Of a DNA stretch of 64,000 nucleotides, positions 8,350 through 17,741 are shown piece after piece; the stretch's first letter is position 1, and every line of letters begins with the position of its first letter. The stretch is taken from the NCBI GenBank assembly GCA_963666215.2, contig CAXWPL010000005.1:864001-928000 (forward strand), written 5' to 3'. The translations under genes and the position numbers were made by a program. The notes below the pieces were generated by a model, which was not told where the DNA came from, made no database searches, and saw only the letters and a program-made list of their open reading frames with translations. Source of the stretch: Acidobacteriota bacterium (GTDB taxonomy: Bacteria; Acidobacteriota; UBA890; WLXD01).

Positions 8350-11127
8350 ATGGGAAGGCTGAGCACTCTGGTCGAGACGTGGCCCCTCGAGCGGCCGCGC
8401 ACCGTGTTATTGATCGCAGCCCTGGCCACTGTCCTCGCGGTTGTGTTGGGTGCGGGTATCGAGTTGCGGACCTCGCGCCGTGAGCTGGTTCCGTCGGGCG
8501 ACCCGGACCAGGCGCGCTACGACGCACTGCTGCGGGAATTCTCCGGTCCATCGCCCGTTATCGTCGCTCTCGAGGCCGCTGACGACGCGCCGAGAGCAGT
8601 CGATCTCGTAGCGCTGCAACAGGCTGCCGACGCCGTCGCCGCTGGGGTCGGGGCGCTGCATGAGGTCGACCTCGTTTTCCATCGATTGGACATCGACTGG
8701 CTGGTCGATCACGCCTTCTACCTCGTCAGCCCCACGGCATTGAGCTCGGCCCTCGACCAGCTCGACGAGCTGACCGGGGGGCCGCAAGAACAGCTCGAGC
8801 TCTCCGGAATCGCGGCGTTCAACGAGCTCCTGGCCGAGCGTGTCGAGATCGCCACGAACAAAGGAACGGGCATCACCGACGGCGGCCACGAGCAAGCAGC
8901 CCGACTGGCCGACGTGCTGCGCTGGGAGCACGAATGGCTCGAGCAGCCGGCCGAGGTCAGCGCCGGGCTGCCCGTCACGCTACCCATGGTCCAGGCGATG
9001 GGAGACACATCGATCACCAACGACGGCTATCTCACGAACCACGCCCACGATCTCTTGTTCCTCTTCGTCTCGCCTCGCGACGGCGCCAACGACCTGACCA
9101 CCGAGAGCAAGTTGGTGCTCGGCATCCGGGACGCAGCGCATGAGGCTCTGCGCCGCCACCCCGGCATCCGCGTGGGCCTCACCGGTCGGCCAGCGATGAG
9201 CGTCGAGGAGATGGCGGCCATCCGCCGTGACGGCCCGGTGACCTCCACGATCGCCATCATCGGCGTCGGATTGCTCTCGGCTCTGGCCTTCCGACGCCGT
9301 CGCCATGCGCTGCTCGGACTCGTGGTTCTGGCCGCCGGCGTGTTGTGGGCCCTGGGAGCGGTGCGCCTCGAGCTCGGCTATCTCAACCTCATCACCACGT
9401 CGCTGATACCGATCCTTGCTGGCGTCGGGATCGACTACGCGGTTCACCCGCTGTCGCAGTACGAGATCGAGAGGAGCGCCGGGCGTGATCAGGCAGCGCG
9501 GCGCGCGCTCGCGACAACGCGAACGCCCATCCTGGTTTCGGCCCTGACAACGTCCGCGGCCTTCTTCTGCTTTCTACTCATGGACTTCCGCGGCTTCGCC
9601 GAGCTCGGCCTGGTTGCGGGCTCAGGCGTGCTGTTGTGCTTGCTGGCCGCCATCATTGTGCTGCCCGCCCTGCTGGCGACCTTCGGCGAAAGCGACGCGA
9701 GCGCCCCTGACTCCACCGCGCGAGCGGCTTTCCTCGATCGCTTCTGGAGACCGCGACTAGCACAACTCGCGTGCGGCGCACCGGGCCTCGTGGTCACGAT
9801 CGCGGTCATCATCACCCTTCTGGCTGCGTGGGGAGCACGGGGAGTCAAGGTCAACACGGCGCTCGTCGACCTTCTCCCCGCCGGGTCGGAGTCGCTTCAC
9901 TACCTCCAGCGCTTGACCGAGGAATCCTCCCTCGGCGCATACTTCAACATCGTCCTGGCGGCGGACCTGCCGGAGCTAGCCGAGTTCGAGCGGCGCGCCA
10001 ACGCCAGCCCGTCGGTTGAGCGATTCGACACCGTGCTGCGATTTCTGCCACCCAATCCGGCCGCCGCCGAGGCGAGCGCCCACCGCGCCGCCGACCTGTT
10101 GGCTCGGATCGACGTGGAGTCAGCGGATCCGTCAGGAGACGTCGAACAAGCGCCTCTGGGTGAACAAGCAGAACAGACCGGGCGGGCAGAACAGGCCGAG
10201 CAGGCCAATCCGGGGCGGCTGGTTGCCTCGCTCCGCCGCCTCGAGGTGACGCTGGCCGACGCTGTTGAGGCGGCGTTCGTATCCGGACTCGCCGAGCTGA
10301 TCGAGCCTCTCGAGAATGCTCGTGCCGAGGCCGAGGCGGCCGCACAGCTGGTCGACGCCGCGGATGAGAGCTCGATGCTCGCCTGGCAGTCAGCCGAGGA
10401 GGTCCTACTACAACGCGCCGCCGGCTGGCTCGGCCAACTGCGCAACGCGGCCGCCGCCCGACCACCCGGCGTCGACGATCTACCTCTGCAAATCGCCGGC
10501 CGCTTCATCACGCGCTCCGGCCGCTATCTCGGCTTCCTGTACCCGAGCGGCAGCATTTTCGACCCACCAACGCTGACTGCGTTCAACGCCGCATCGCGCC
10601 AAATCAACAACGACGTCGTAGGTTTTCCGTTGATGTTCGAGGCGATGTCGGGACGCATCACGGCGGGATTCGTGCGCGCCCTGGGCGCGGCGAGCCTCGT
10701 CGTGCTGCTGTTGCTGCTGGCGCACCTGCGGCGGCTCGGAGACACGCTCATGGTGCTCGTCCCCGTGGTTGTCGGAACGATCTGGATGCTGGGTCTCATG
10801 AGGGTCTTCGAACTGAGCTTCAACCTCGCCAATCTCGTCGCTGTGCCACTCGTGCTCGGCGTAGGAATCGACAGCGGGGTTCACCTCGTGCACCGCTGGG
10901 GCGCCGAGGGACCCCGTCGCATACCAGCCGTCCTCCACGAGACCGGTCGCGGCGTGCTGATCGCCTCGCTGACCACGATGGTGGGCTTCGGCAGCCTCGG
11001 CCTGGCCTCGCACCGCGGCATGTCGAGCCTCGGAATACTGCTGGCGCTCGGTGTGTTTGCCTGCCTCGTTGCCTCGCTGGCGGTGCTGCCAAGCGTCTAC
11101 CTGCTGGCCGGGCGCGCCGAGCGCTAG
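8350..11127 (+). CDS. MMPL/RND lipid transporter (HpnN/BstA-like)
   Basis: Duplicated RND topology with GVGIDYAVH and GVGIDSGVH, SALTTSAAF and SLTTMVGFGSL; adjacent to hopanoid genes. Confidence 0.88.
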   Translation: MGRLSTLVETWPLERPRTVLLIAALATVLAVVLGAGIELRTSRRELVPSGDPDQARYDALLREFSGPSPVIVALEAADDAPRAVDLVALQQAADAVAAGVGALHEVDLVFHRLDIDWLVDHAFYLVSPTALSSALDQLDELTGGPQEQLELSGIAAFNELLAERVEIATNKGTGITDGGHEQAARLADVLRWEHEWLEQPAEVSAGLPVTLPMVQAMGDTSITNDGYLTNHAHDLLFLFVSPRDGANDLTTESKLVLGIRDAAHEALRRHPGIRVGLTGRPAMSVEEMAAIRRDGPVTSTIAIIGVGLLSALAFRRRRHALLGLVVLAAGVLWALGAVRLELGYLNLITTSLIPILAGVGIDYAVHPLSQYEIERSAGRDQAARRALATTRTPILVSALTTSAAFFCFLLMDFRGFAELGLVAGSGVLLCLLAAIIVLPALLATFGESDASAPDSTARAAFLDRFWRPRLAQLACGAPGLVVTIAVIITLLAAWGARGVKVNTALVDLLPAGSESLHYLQRLTEESSLGAYFNIVLAADLPELAEFERRANASPSVERFDTVLRFLPPNPAAAEASAHRAADLLARIDVESADPSGDVEQAPLGEQAEQTGRAEQAEQANPGRLVASLRRLEVTLADAVEAAFVSGLAELIEPLENARAEAEAAAQLVDAADESSMLAWQSAEEVLLQRAAGWLGQLRNAAAARPPGVDDLPLQIAGRFITRSGRYLGFLYPSGSIFDPPTLTAFNAASRQINNDVVGFPLMFEAMSGRITAGFVRALGAASLVVLLLLLAHLRRLGDTLMVLVPVVVGTIWMLGLMRVFELSFNLANLVAVPLVLGVGIDSGVHLVHRWGAEGPRRIPAVLHETGRGVLIASLTTMVGFGSLGLASHRGMSSLGILLALGVFACLVASLAVLPSVYLLAGRAER

Positions 11128-11229
11128 CGGAGCCGGCGGGCTATTCTGAGCTCCTGGCGAAGCTCGGCTCACCCAGCCCTGGCGGGCTACCCCGCCCACC
11201 TGAACACCGGAATCTTCCATCACCGAACC

Positions 11230-12225
11230 ATGGCACCGCACCAGCGTCGGTTGCAACGCCTGAGCCTGCCCATGCCGCACCCCATCGCGGCCCTCGCGGC
11301 TCTGACTGTCCTGCTGCTCGCGACAAGCGCCGGGTCGACAACTCTCGGCGCGGTCGAGCCCTTGCCGCTGGTGAGCGTCGGCAAACAAGCCCGCAGCCAT
11401 CATCTCGTGGCGTGGGCGCCAGGCTATCCCGGCGATACCGCTCAGGCGCAGGAAACCATGGACGGGTTCGCAGCCCTGCTGGCGAGCGCCGCCGGCTGGG
11501 AGGCGCGACGCGTTAGCGCCGAGTATCACGAGACCGAGCAGGGCGGGCTCGAGCGGCTGGCCACCGACGCCACGCTCGCGCTCCTACCCCTGGCTCTTTA
11601 CATCAAACACGGCGAAGAGCTGCAGCTCGAGCCGCTGGCGCAAACCGTCCAGCCGTCGGGATCAGCGAAGGAGTCCTGGAGCCTGGTGGCCGCCCGGGCT
11701 CGCGTGACGGGCCCCGAGGCGCTCGACGGCTGGGAGATCAGCGGGATCCCGAGCTACGCCCCGGCGTTCGTCGCCGGCACGCTGCTCGGCGCCTGGGGAC
11801 AGCTCCCCCAAAGCGCCCGATTCGTGACGTCATCGCGCGTGCTGGCCGCCATCCGGCGAGCTCGCGCCAACGAGAACGTCGCGGTGCTACTCGACGGCGC
11901 CCAAACCGATGCCTTGTCGCGACTGCCGTACGCCGACGAGCTTGAGATCGTCGCGCGCTCGCCGGCGGTAATCTCCGGGCTTCTGGTGAGCGTCGGTGAG
12001 ATCTCGTCAACCGACTCCACGCCGTTGTTCGAGGGTCTCATGCACATCCACGAGCGTCCGGAGTCCGCAGCCGTGCTGCGGACGCTCCGATTGAAGCGAT
12101 TCGAACAGGTCGACACCGACTCACTCGCTGCGAGCATCGTCGCCTACCGGGCAGCGCTTGGCAGTGCTCTGGGTGAGCGCACTGGCGCCACGAACCCTAC
12201 TGACGCCGGTTCCCCGATACGTTGA
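11230..12225 (+). CDS. PhnD/SsuA-like periplasmic substrate-binding protein (BstB-like)
   Basis: Signal-like hydrophobic stretch; APGYPGDTAQAQETMD motif; VAVLLDGAQ...LEIVARSP; stop overlaps the next start. Confidence 0.65.
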   Translation: MAPHQRRLQRLSLPMPHPIAALAALTVLLLATSAGSTTLGAVEPLPLVSVGKQARSHHLVAWAPGYPGDTAQAQETMDGFAALLASAAGWEARRVSAEYHETEQGGLERLATDATLALLPLALYIKHGEELQLEPLAQTVQPSGSAKESWSLVAARARVTGPEALDGWEISGIPSYAPAFVAGTLLGAWGQLPQSARFVTSSRVLAAIRRARANENVAVLLDGAQTDALSRLPYADELEIVARSPAVISGLLVSVGEISSTDSTPLFEGLMHIHERPESAAVLRTLRLKRFEQVDTDSLAASIVAYRAALGSALGERTGATNPTDAGSPIR

Positions 12226-13067
12226 GGCCTTCGTTCCGCAAACCGGGTCGTCGGCCAGGACGGCGAAAGGCCGCGGCGATCGCCGGAGTTGTCGGCATGG
12301 CCGCTGGCGGTTGCGCAGCGGCTCTTCGACCGCCGCCGTCGATGGCCGATCTTGCGGGCGCGGCACCGGGCGCAGAAACGCAGACCGCTGCCGACCTGCT
12401 TGCGGAGGCGGCCCAGGCGTACGCTCGCCGCCCCGACGAAACGGCCGTGCGCCAGGCCGAACAGCTGTGGCTCCGTGCGGCCGCCGCCGATTCTAACGAG
12501 GTAGGAGGCCTGATCGGCGCCGTGCGCGCAAAGGTATGGCTGGCGAACCACCTCGGTGGCGTCGTGAATAAGGCGAGCCGCGAGGACGCGGCCGAGACGG
12601 CCGTTCAGGCCGCTCAGTGGTGCGAAGTTCGTGCCCCCGAGAACCCGGCCTGCGACTACTGGTTGGCGCTGGCGCTGGGGGTGCAGTCGCGCGAGCGCAC
12701 GTCGACCGCTCATAGCGGACTCGACGCCATGGTGGAACGCCTGCGCCGTGCGATTGAATCGAGTCCCGAGCTCGACTCGGCCGGTCCCGACCGCGTGCTG
12801 GCTCGAGTGTTGATCGACGCGCCAGGATGGCCGACGGGTCCGGGAGACCCCGATGAGGGCCTCATACACGCCCAGGCCGCGGTGGCGCGGTTTGGCGACT
12901 ACCCGCCGAACGTTTTGACGCTCGCCAAGGCTCTGGCCAAAGTCGGCCGACGCAGCGAGGCTCGGGAGCAGTATCGGCGCGCCCGTGATGAGGCCCTCCG
13001 AGGGCTCGGTGAATCGCACCCGGACGCCACCGAGTGGCTCGAGGAGGCCAACCGGGGCCTGGAATAA
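12222..13067 (+). CDS. TPR lipoprotein, TRAP-T TatT-like (BstC-like)
   Basis: Lipobox-like MAAGG-C; CDYWLALALG and AGPDRVLARVLIDAPGWPTGPGD; TPR-like helices. Confidence 0.65.
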   Translation: MRPSFRKPGRRPGRRKAAAIAGVVGMAAGGCAAALRPPPSMADLAGAAPGAETQTAADLLAEAAQAYARRPDETAVRQAEQLWLRAAAADSNEVGGLIGAVRAKVWLANHLGGVVNKASREDAAETAVQAAQWCEVRAPENPACDYWLALALGVQSRERTSTAHSGLDAMVERLRRAIESSPELDSAGPDRVLARVLIDAPGWPTGPGDPDEGLIHAQAAVARFGDYPPNVLTLAKALAKVGRRSEAREQYRRARDEALRGLGESHPDATEWLEEANRGLE

Positions 13068-13318
13068 GAAGAGGCCCTGCGATGAATCGCCGCACTCGCC
13101 GCGGATACGCCGGGTCAAGAAGTCGCCGGGCTCAGGGAAGATCCTTGTGGCGTGCCGCGCACGGCTACATCTCGCCGAAAGGCTCGCGCTGCTCCACTTC
13201 GTGAACCCCGGGCGAGGTGCACAGCCGCCGAGGAAAAGTCAGCGCCGTCTCATGGTCGGTATGACCCGCATCGAACGAGCTTGCATCGGGCAGGTGGAGC
13301 AGATTGCCGGATCGGGCA

Positions 13319-14269
13319 TCAGGAAACCGCCTGCGGCACGCGCACGGCCGGTTCGCCACGGTCGAGAGCCTCGTTGAGCGACGCGACGATGGCGTAGACC
13401 TCCGCGCGGCCAATTTTTGCCCCCGCCCCTTCCCGTTGCACGAGCTCGAGCGTCGCGTTGGCGAGGCGTATAGGCAACGCGCAGAAGCCGACCAAGCCGC
13501 GCGGGCCGCCGGCGTCCTGCAGAGCCAGCGTGTACTCGGAGGCGAAACGAAGATCTTCGCGAGCCAGCTCGGTGACCATGTCGAGGCGGATCGACACGGG
13601 CAGGTACGAACGGCCCTCGCGAATGTCGAAGGCCGAATCCCGCAGGATATTGACCAACTGCAACGCCTCACCAAAGCGCGTCGCTCGGCTCCGCAGTACC
13701 CCGGCCACAGGCCGTAGGTGCTCGCGGCCGAGTAAGAAGAGCTCCGTGCTGAGCTCGCCGACGATCCCGGCCACGACGTAGCAGTACTGACGCAAATCGT
13801 CGAGATCGCGTAGCCGCAGTGCGCCATCCACCGTTCGCTCTACGAATCCCGACATCCCCTGCGCCGTCCGTATCGTGTGCTCCACGATGATCTCGCGAGC
13901 TTGCGCGTCGAGTGCCATCAGTGCCTCGAGCACCCGCGGAGTCTCGGCCAGAAGCTCCAGATAGCCGTCGTGCTCGATCGGCGCCTCAGCCGCCCAGCGA
14001 GCGCCGAGTTGCGCGGCCTCTTCGGCGCTTGGCTGCCTGAGAAGCCGGGCCAGGTTGGCCAGGGCATCCACCTGGCGCGGCGGCGTCCAAGCGGCAGCGT
14101 CTTCGAAGGTGTCGGCGATGCGGAACAGAAGATAGGCAACCCCAAGCTCTCGACGTGTGGGCTGAGGCAGCAGAGGAATCGAGAGCGCGAACGTACGGCT
14201 GGTCTTCTCGAGAAGCTCGTCGATGCGATCTCTTTGATCGATCAGATCTGTTCGATCGGGTGGGGCCAT
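13319..14269 (-). CDS. Squalene synthase (squalene/phytoene synthase family, SQS-like)
   Basis: TSRTFALSI, YLLFRIADTFED, YCYVVAGIVG, FGEALQLVNILRD, GRSYLP, FCALP..LA.ATL; start may lie further upstream (ORF open to 14356). Confidence 0.85.
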   Translation of the reverse strand: MAPPDRTDLIDQRDRIDELLEKTSRTFALSIPLLPQPTRRELGVAYLLFRIADTFEDAAAWTPPRQVDALANLARLLRQPSAEEAAQLGARWAAEAPIEHDGYLELLAETPRVLEALMALDAQAREIIVEHTIRTAQGMSGFVERTVDGALRLRDLDDLRQYCYVVAGIVGELSTELFLLGREHLRPVAGVLRSRATRFGEALQLVNILRDSAFDIREGRSYLPVSIRLDMVTELAREDLRFASEYTLALQDAGGPRGLVGFCALPIRLANATLELVQREGAGAKIGRAEVYAIVASLNEALDRGEPAVRVPQAVS

Positions 14270-14467
14270 GACGCGCGCTGATGGTTCTCTTGGTCGATCG
14301 CCGATTGAGGGGAGCCCCCCGCGGGACGCCAGACGCCAGACGCCGGACACCACCACCGGCGACCCCGCCCGCGCAGCTCATTATGCCCTCAACTCGCGAC
14401 CCGAGAGGTGAGCTCGAAAGATTTGTGTACCCCGTCCGCGACCCGCGCCAGGCTCCGACAGGGCGCA

Positions 14468-15289
14468 CTACCTACGGCGAGCCGCGACGCGTGTACCCGC
14501 CTCGCGGCCGCCGGCGAGCAAAGATTCGGCGCGTCCCGGAACGCCACCGTTGCCGATCCACGACTCGATGCCGAGGTGAGCGAGGCGGAACGCGGTCTCG
14601 ACGCGATGATGCATGCCGCCGGTAACGTCGGTGGCGCCGGAGCCACCCACCTGTGCGAGCGCGCGCGCGCTCGCCCGCGAGTTCGAACCGTCCAAGTGTT
14701 CGATGAGCTCCCCCTCTCTATCCAACACGCCGTCAGTATCACCCAACCAGAGAGCCCGCCGCACCTCTTCACCCCGCCGCTGCAACGCACCCGCCAGAGC
14801 CAGCAGCACGGTCTCGGTCGAGCAGATGCAGGCACCGCCATCACGCTCGCGATCGAGCACGACGTCGCCGTAGGTAACGGGTACGAGGCCGGCCCGCAAC
14901 GCCAGCAGCAGCGGCTCCACGCGCACCGCGCGAGGTGTTCCACCCGCCGCCACGAGCGCGCTCGAAGGCGCGAACGAGAACGTCGCCACCCCCGCCGCCT
15001 GCAGCGCGGCGACGACGTGGCGATGCAGATCAGCCGCCGCGCCTTGCGTCCTCGAAATCCCCATCGGACTCGAGCCTCCGCGCTCGATCTGGTGCTCGGC
15101 GGCGACAATGTGGCCGAACGAGCCGCTGCCGTGGGAGAGCACCAGGTGCCGCGGCCGACGCCGCAGACCGCGAGACAGCTCCTCGGCCAGGCGCGCGAGC
15201 TGCGCACGACGCACGGTCCTCGGGCGCCGCTTCACGGTCACGATGCTGCCACCGAGCTTCACCAGCGTGGTGCCGCGCGCCGCCCTCAC
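14468..15289 (-). CDS. ipk: Isopentenyl phosphate kinase (amino-acid-kinase fold)
   Basis: VKLGGSIVTVK, HGSGSFGH, PVTYGDVVLD, DVTGGM; start overlaps the decarboxylase stop. Confidence 0.88.
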   Translation of the reverse strand: MRAARGTTLVKLGGSIVTVKRRPRTVRRAQLARLAEELSRGLRRRPRHLVLSHGSGSFGHIVAAEHQIERGGSSPMGISRTQGAAADLHRHVVAALQAAGVATFSFAPSSALVAAGGTPRAVRVEPLLLALRAGLVPVTYGDVVLDRERDGGACICSTETVLLALAGALQRRGEEVRRALWLGDTDGVLDREGELIEHLDGSNSRASARALAQVGGSGATDVTGGMHHRVETAFRLAHLGIESWIGNGGVPGRAESLLAGGREAGTRVAARRR

Positions 15290-16470
15290 AATCCACCCTC
15301 GGCGAGCAGGTCACGACGCGCTGAGCGTGGGTGAGGGCGATTGTCGCCGGCGTGATGGTCGGGCTGGTCAGGAGCGCGACCACGAGTCGAGTCGGCCTGT
15401 TCCATCGACGCCTCCAGATCCTTCGCGTTGCCGGCTTCTCGCACCGTCGGGCCTTCGCCGTCGAGCGCTCTCGGCCCCGAGCCGACCCGATCGCGAAGCA
15501 CGTCGTGTACGCCTTCAAGCTCGCCCAGAGCCTGCGCAACATCGCGCTCGTCACCAGGCTCACAAATCACGTGAACGTTGGCACCGGCGTCGAGCGTCGC
15601 GTAGGCGCCCACGCCGTCGGCACGCAAACGCCGCACCTGCTCCAGCACGCGCATCGTCGCCGGCGCCCAGTAGAAGATGGGCGGCAGCGACGACATGGCA
15701 ATCAGGTGCAGCTCGATGGCGTCCTCCTCGATGAGCGGCCCGAGGCGCGCCAGCGAGCGCTGTGAGATCGCTTCGCGGACGCCGTGCAATCGCGCGTCGA
15801 GAAGCTGCTGCCGGCGATCGAAATGTGGACTCGTGGTGGCGCGCCGGTGCCCATCCAACGACGACACCTCCTTGGCGCCCAGATCCACGAGAGCTATCAG
15901 GTCGCACAGCTCCCAGTGCGCCGCCGTCGCGATCTGCCGCGCGGCGTGATGGTCGGTGTCCACCGGCCATTCGACGAAGCCGCCAAACACCGACCGCGCC
16001 GCCGAGCCGGAGCCGCTCCGACGAACAAGAACCGAAAGCTCGCCCGCCTCGAGGTCCTCGTCGAGCTCGAGCGAGCGAACGGTCGCCAGCGTCAGCGCGC
16101 AGAAGCCCGAGGCCGACGACGCGATCCCGGCCGATGCCGGGAAGCTGTTGTGGGTGGCGACCCGGAAAGCTCCGAAGCCCCGGTCAGGGCACCTCGAACG
16201 GGCCCACGACCGTAATCGGTCGACGTGCGCCATCACTCGAGTCGCAAACGCACTGGGGGCAGCTTGCAGATCGCCGTTGTCGCTGGCGAGCCACACCTCG
16301 TCCATCGTGGACCCCGAGTCGTGCTCAACCGTGGTCACGCTCACGCACCGAGACAGCGTCATGGAGATCGACCGATTGAGCGGGATGGCCCGCGCCAGAT
16401 CGACGGCGCCCCAGTACTTGATGAAGGCGATATTCGACGGCGCTTCGACGGTCGATCGATGGACGCTCAT
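15286..16470 (-). CDS. mvaD: Mevalonate (di)phosphate decarboxylase, probably mevalonate-5-phosphate decarboxylase
   Basis: APSNIAFIKYWG, NSFPASAGIASSASG, GSGSAARS, TLDAGANVH; VSSLDGH where diphosphate enzymes usually have SxxGM. Confidence 0.88.
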   Translation of the reverse strand: MSVHRSTVEAPSNIAFIKYWGAVDLARAIPLNRSISMTLSRCVSVTTVEHDSGSTMDEVWLASDNGDLQAAPSAFATRVMAHVDRLRSWARSRCPDRGFGAFRVATHNSFPASAGIASSASGFCALTLATVRSLELDEDLEAGELSVLVRRSGSGSAARSVFGGFVEWPVDTDHHAARQIATAAHWELCDLIALVDLGAKEVSSLDGHRRATTSPHFDRRQQLLDARLHGVREAISQRSLARLGPLIEEDAIELHLIAMSSLPPIFYWAPATMRVLEQVRRLRADGVGAYATLDAGANVHVICEPGDERDVAQALGELEGVHDVLRDRVGSGPRALDGEGPTVREAGNAKDLEASMEQADSTRGRAPDQPDHHAGDNRPHPRSARRDLLAEGGL

Positions 16471-17735
16471 GGTGTGACTTCGATCCGCAAGCCATCGACT
16501 CCCAACGGAGCGTCGAAAGCGCGCAGACCGTCAAGATAGCCCAGCCCAGGCAAACCAGCGCTGCGAGTGGCGATCTCGGCTTCGGTCTCCGCCGCAGCAT
16601 CAGAAATCGGCGGGCTCGGCGCCAGCGTCTGAGTCTCACGTCGGTGCGGTATCTCCGGGCCGAGAACCAGGAGCGACCCTGCACCCGGGCCGGCCAGGGA
16701 TCCGGCGCCCGAGATCTTGGCGGCGGACCCACCGGCCTCGATCCGCCGCACGAGCTGGCGAACGGCGGTGGGCACCACACCTAGATTCTCGAGGCACGAT
16801 TGGTAGGAACGCACCGACTCGCGCATGACGTCGTATCTGAGTTGTGAATCTGAATTCGTCGTCGAAGGTTCGATCGCGATCGCCCGCAGAAACCCGCGAG
16901 TTGCCTCCTCCATCGTATCGAGCAGCGCGTCGAAGCCGTCGGGGTCGCGGTCGCGACGAGCCCGAACGTCGGCGACTACGCTTCCGGTGTCCTCGCCAGG
17001 TGGCCCCGTGTGGAACACCTGCAACGACCGCAGGGCAGATATCGAAACCTGCACCACACGGCGCTCCAGCTCCCCGTCAGCGCTCCGGCGCGCCCAGAGG
17101 ACGCCCCCGTGCATCACTGTTGCGGCGTCGACACCGGACGGGCGACCGTGCTGGCAGCGTTCCACCGTAGAGGCCAGGCCTTCGAGGTCGCCGGGCGACG
17201 CGGGGACGGCGAGCACGACGCCGACGGCCGAGCAGACCGCCACGGCCGTCGCGGCGGAGCTGCCGAACCCGGAACCGACCGGTATTTCCGAGTCGATCCG
17301 AAGACGGAGCTCCGGCAGCCGACGAGCCCGGAGCAGCGATGTCGCGCTCGACGCAACAACACCCAATGCCAGCCTCACCGGACTCGAGCGGTCGTCGTCG
17401 CGCAGCAACGCGAATCTGGCCGGCGTTGGCTCGGCGTCGTAGCCCTGCCATAGAGCCAGCCGCGCGGCCGCATGCTCGCGAAGCTCCAACCAGGAAGAGC
17501 GGGCCCGGTACCCGATAGCCGGCAAGTCGATGTCGACGCCGGAGTCTTCAGGCGGTGCCCTGGCACCAACTCTCCGCGCTTGCGCCCGCAACCGTAGGCC
17601 GAAGGCGGCCACCAGGGCCGGACGACCGTACACCACGGCGTGCTCCCCCATGAGGATGAGCTTGGCGGGAACCGAAGCCACAACGGCCGTCGGCAGGTCG
17701 GGCGCGGAGGTGGGGTTCACAATCGCTCCGCCCAC
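16467..17735 (-). CDS. mvk: Mevalonate kinase
   Basis: PAKLILMGEHAVVYG, IPVGSGFGSSAA, HGRPSGVD, KISGAG. Confidence 0.92.
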   Translation of the reverse strand: MGGAIVNPTSAPDLPTAVVASVPAKLILMGEHAVVYGRPALVAAFGLRLRAQARRVGARAPPEDSGVDIDLPAIGYRARSSWLELREHAAARLALWQGYDAEPTPARFALLRDDDRSSPVRLALGVVASSATSLLRARRLPELRLRIDSEIPVGSGFGSSAATAVAVCSAVGVVLAVPASPGDLEGLASTVERCQHGRPSGVDAATVMHGGVLWARRSADGELERRVVQVSISALRSLQVFHTGPPGEDTGSVVADVRARRDRDPDGFDALLDTMEEATRGFLRAIAIEPSTTNSDSQLRYDVMRESVRSYQSCLENLGVVPTAVRQLVRRIEAGGSAAKISGAGSLAGPGAGSLLVLGPEIPHRRETQTLAPSPPISDAAAETEAEIATRSAGLPGLGYLDGLRAFDAPLGVDGLRIEVTP

Positions 17736-17741
17736 GGCGCG

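Noticed and set aside
10140-10210. EQA-like repeats in the MMPL gene
   Set aside because: Degenerate low-complexity coding linker, not an array.
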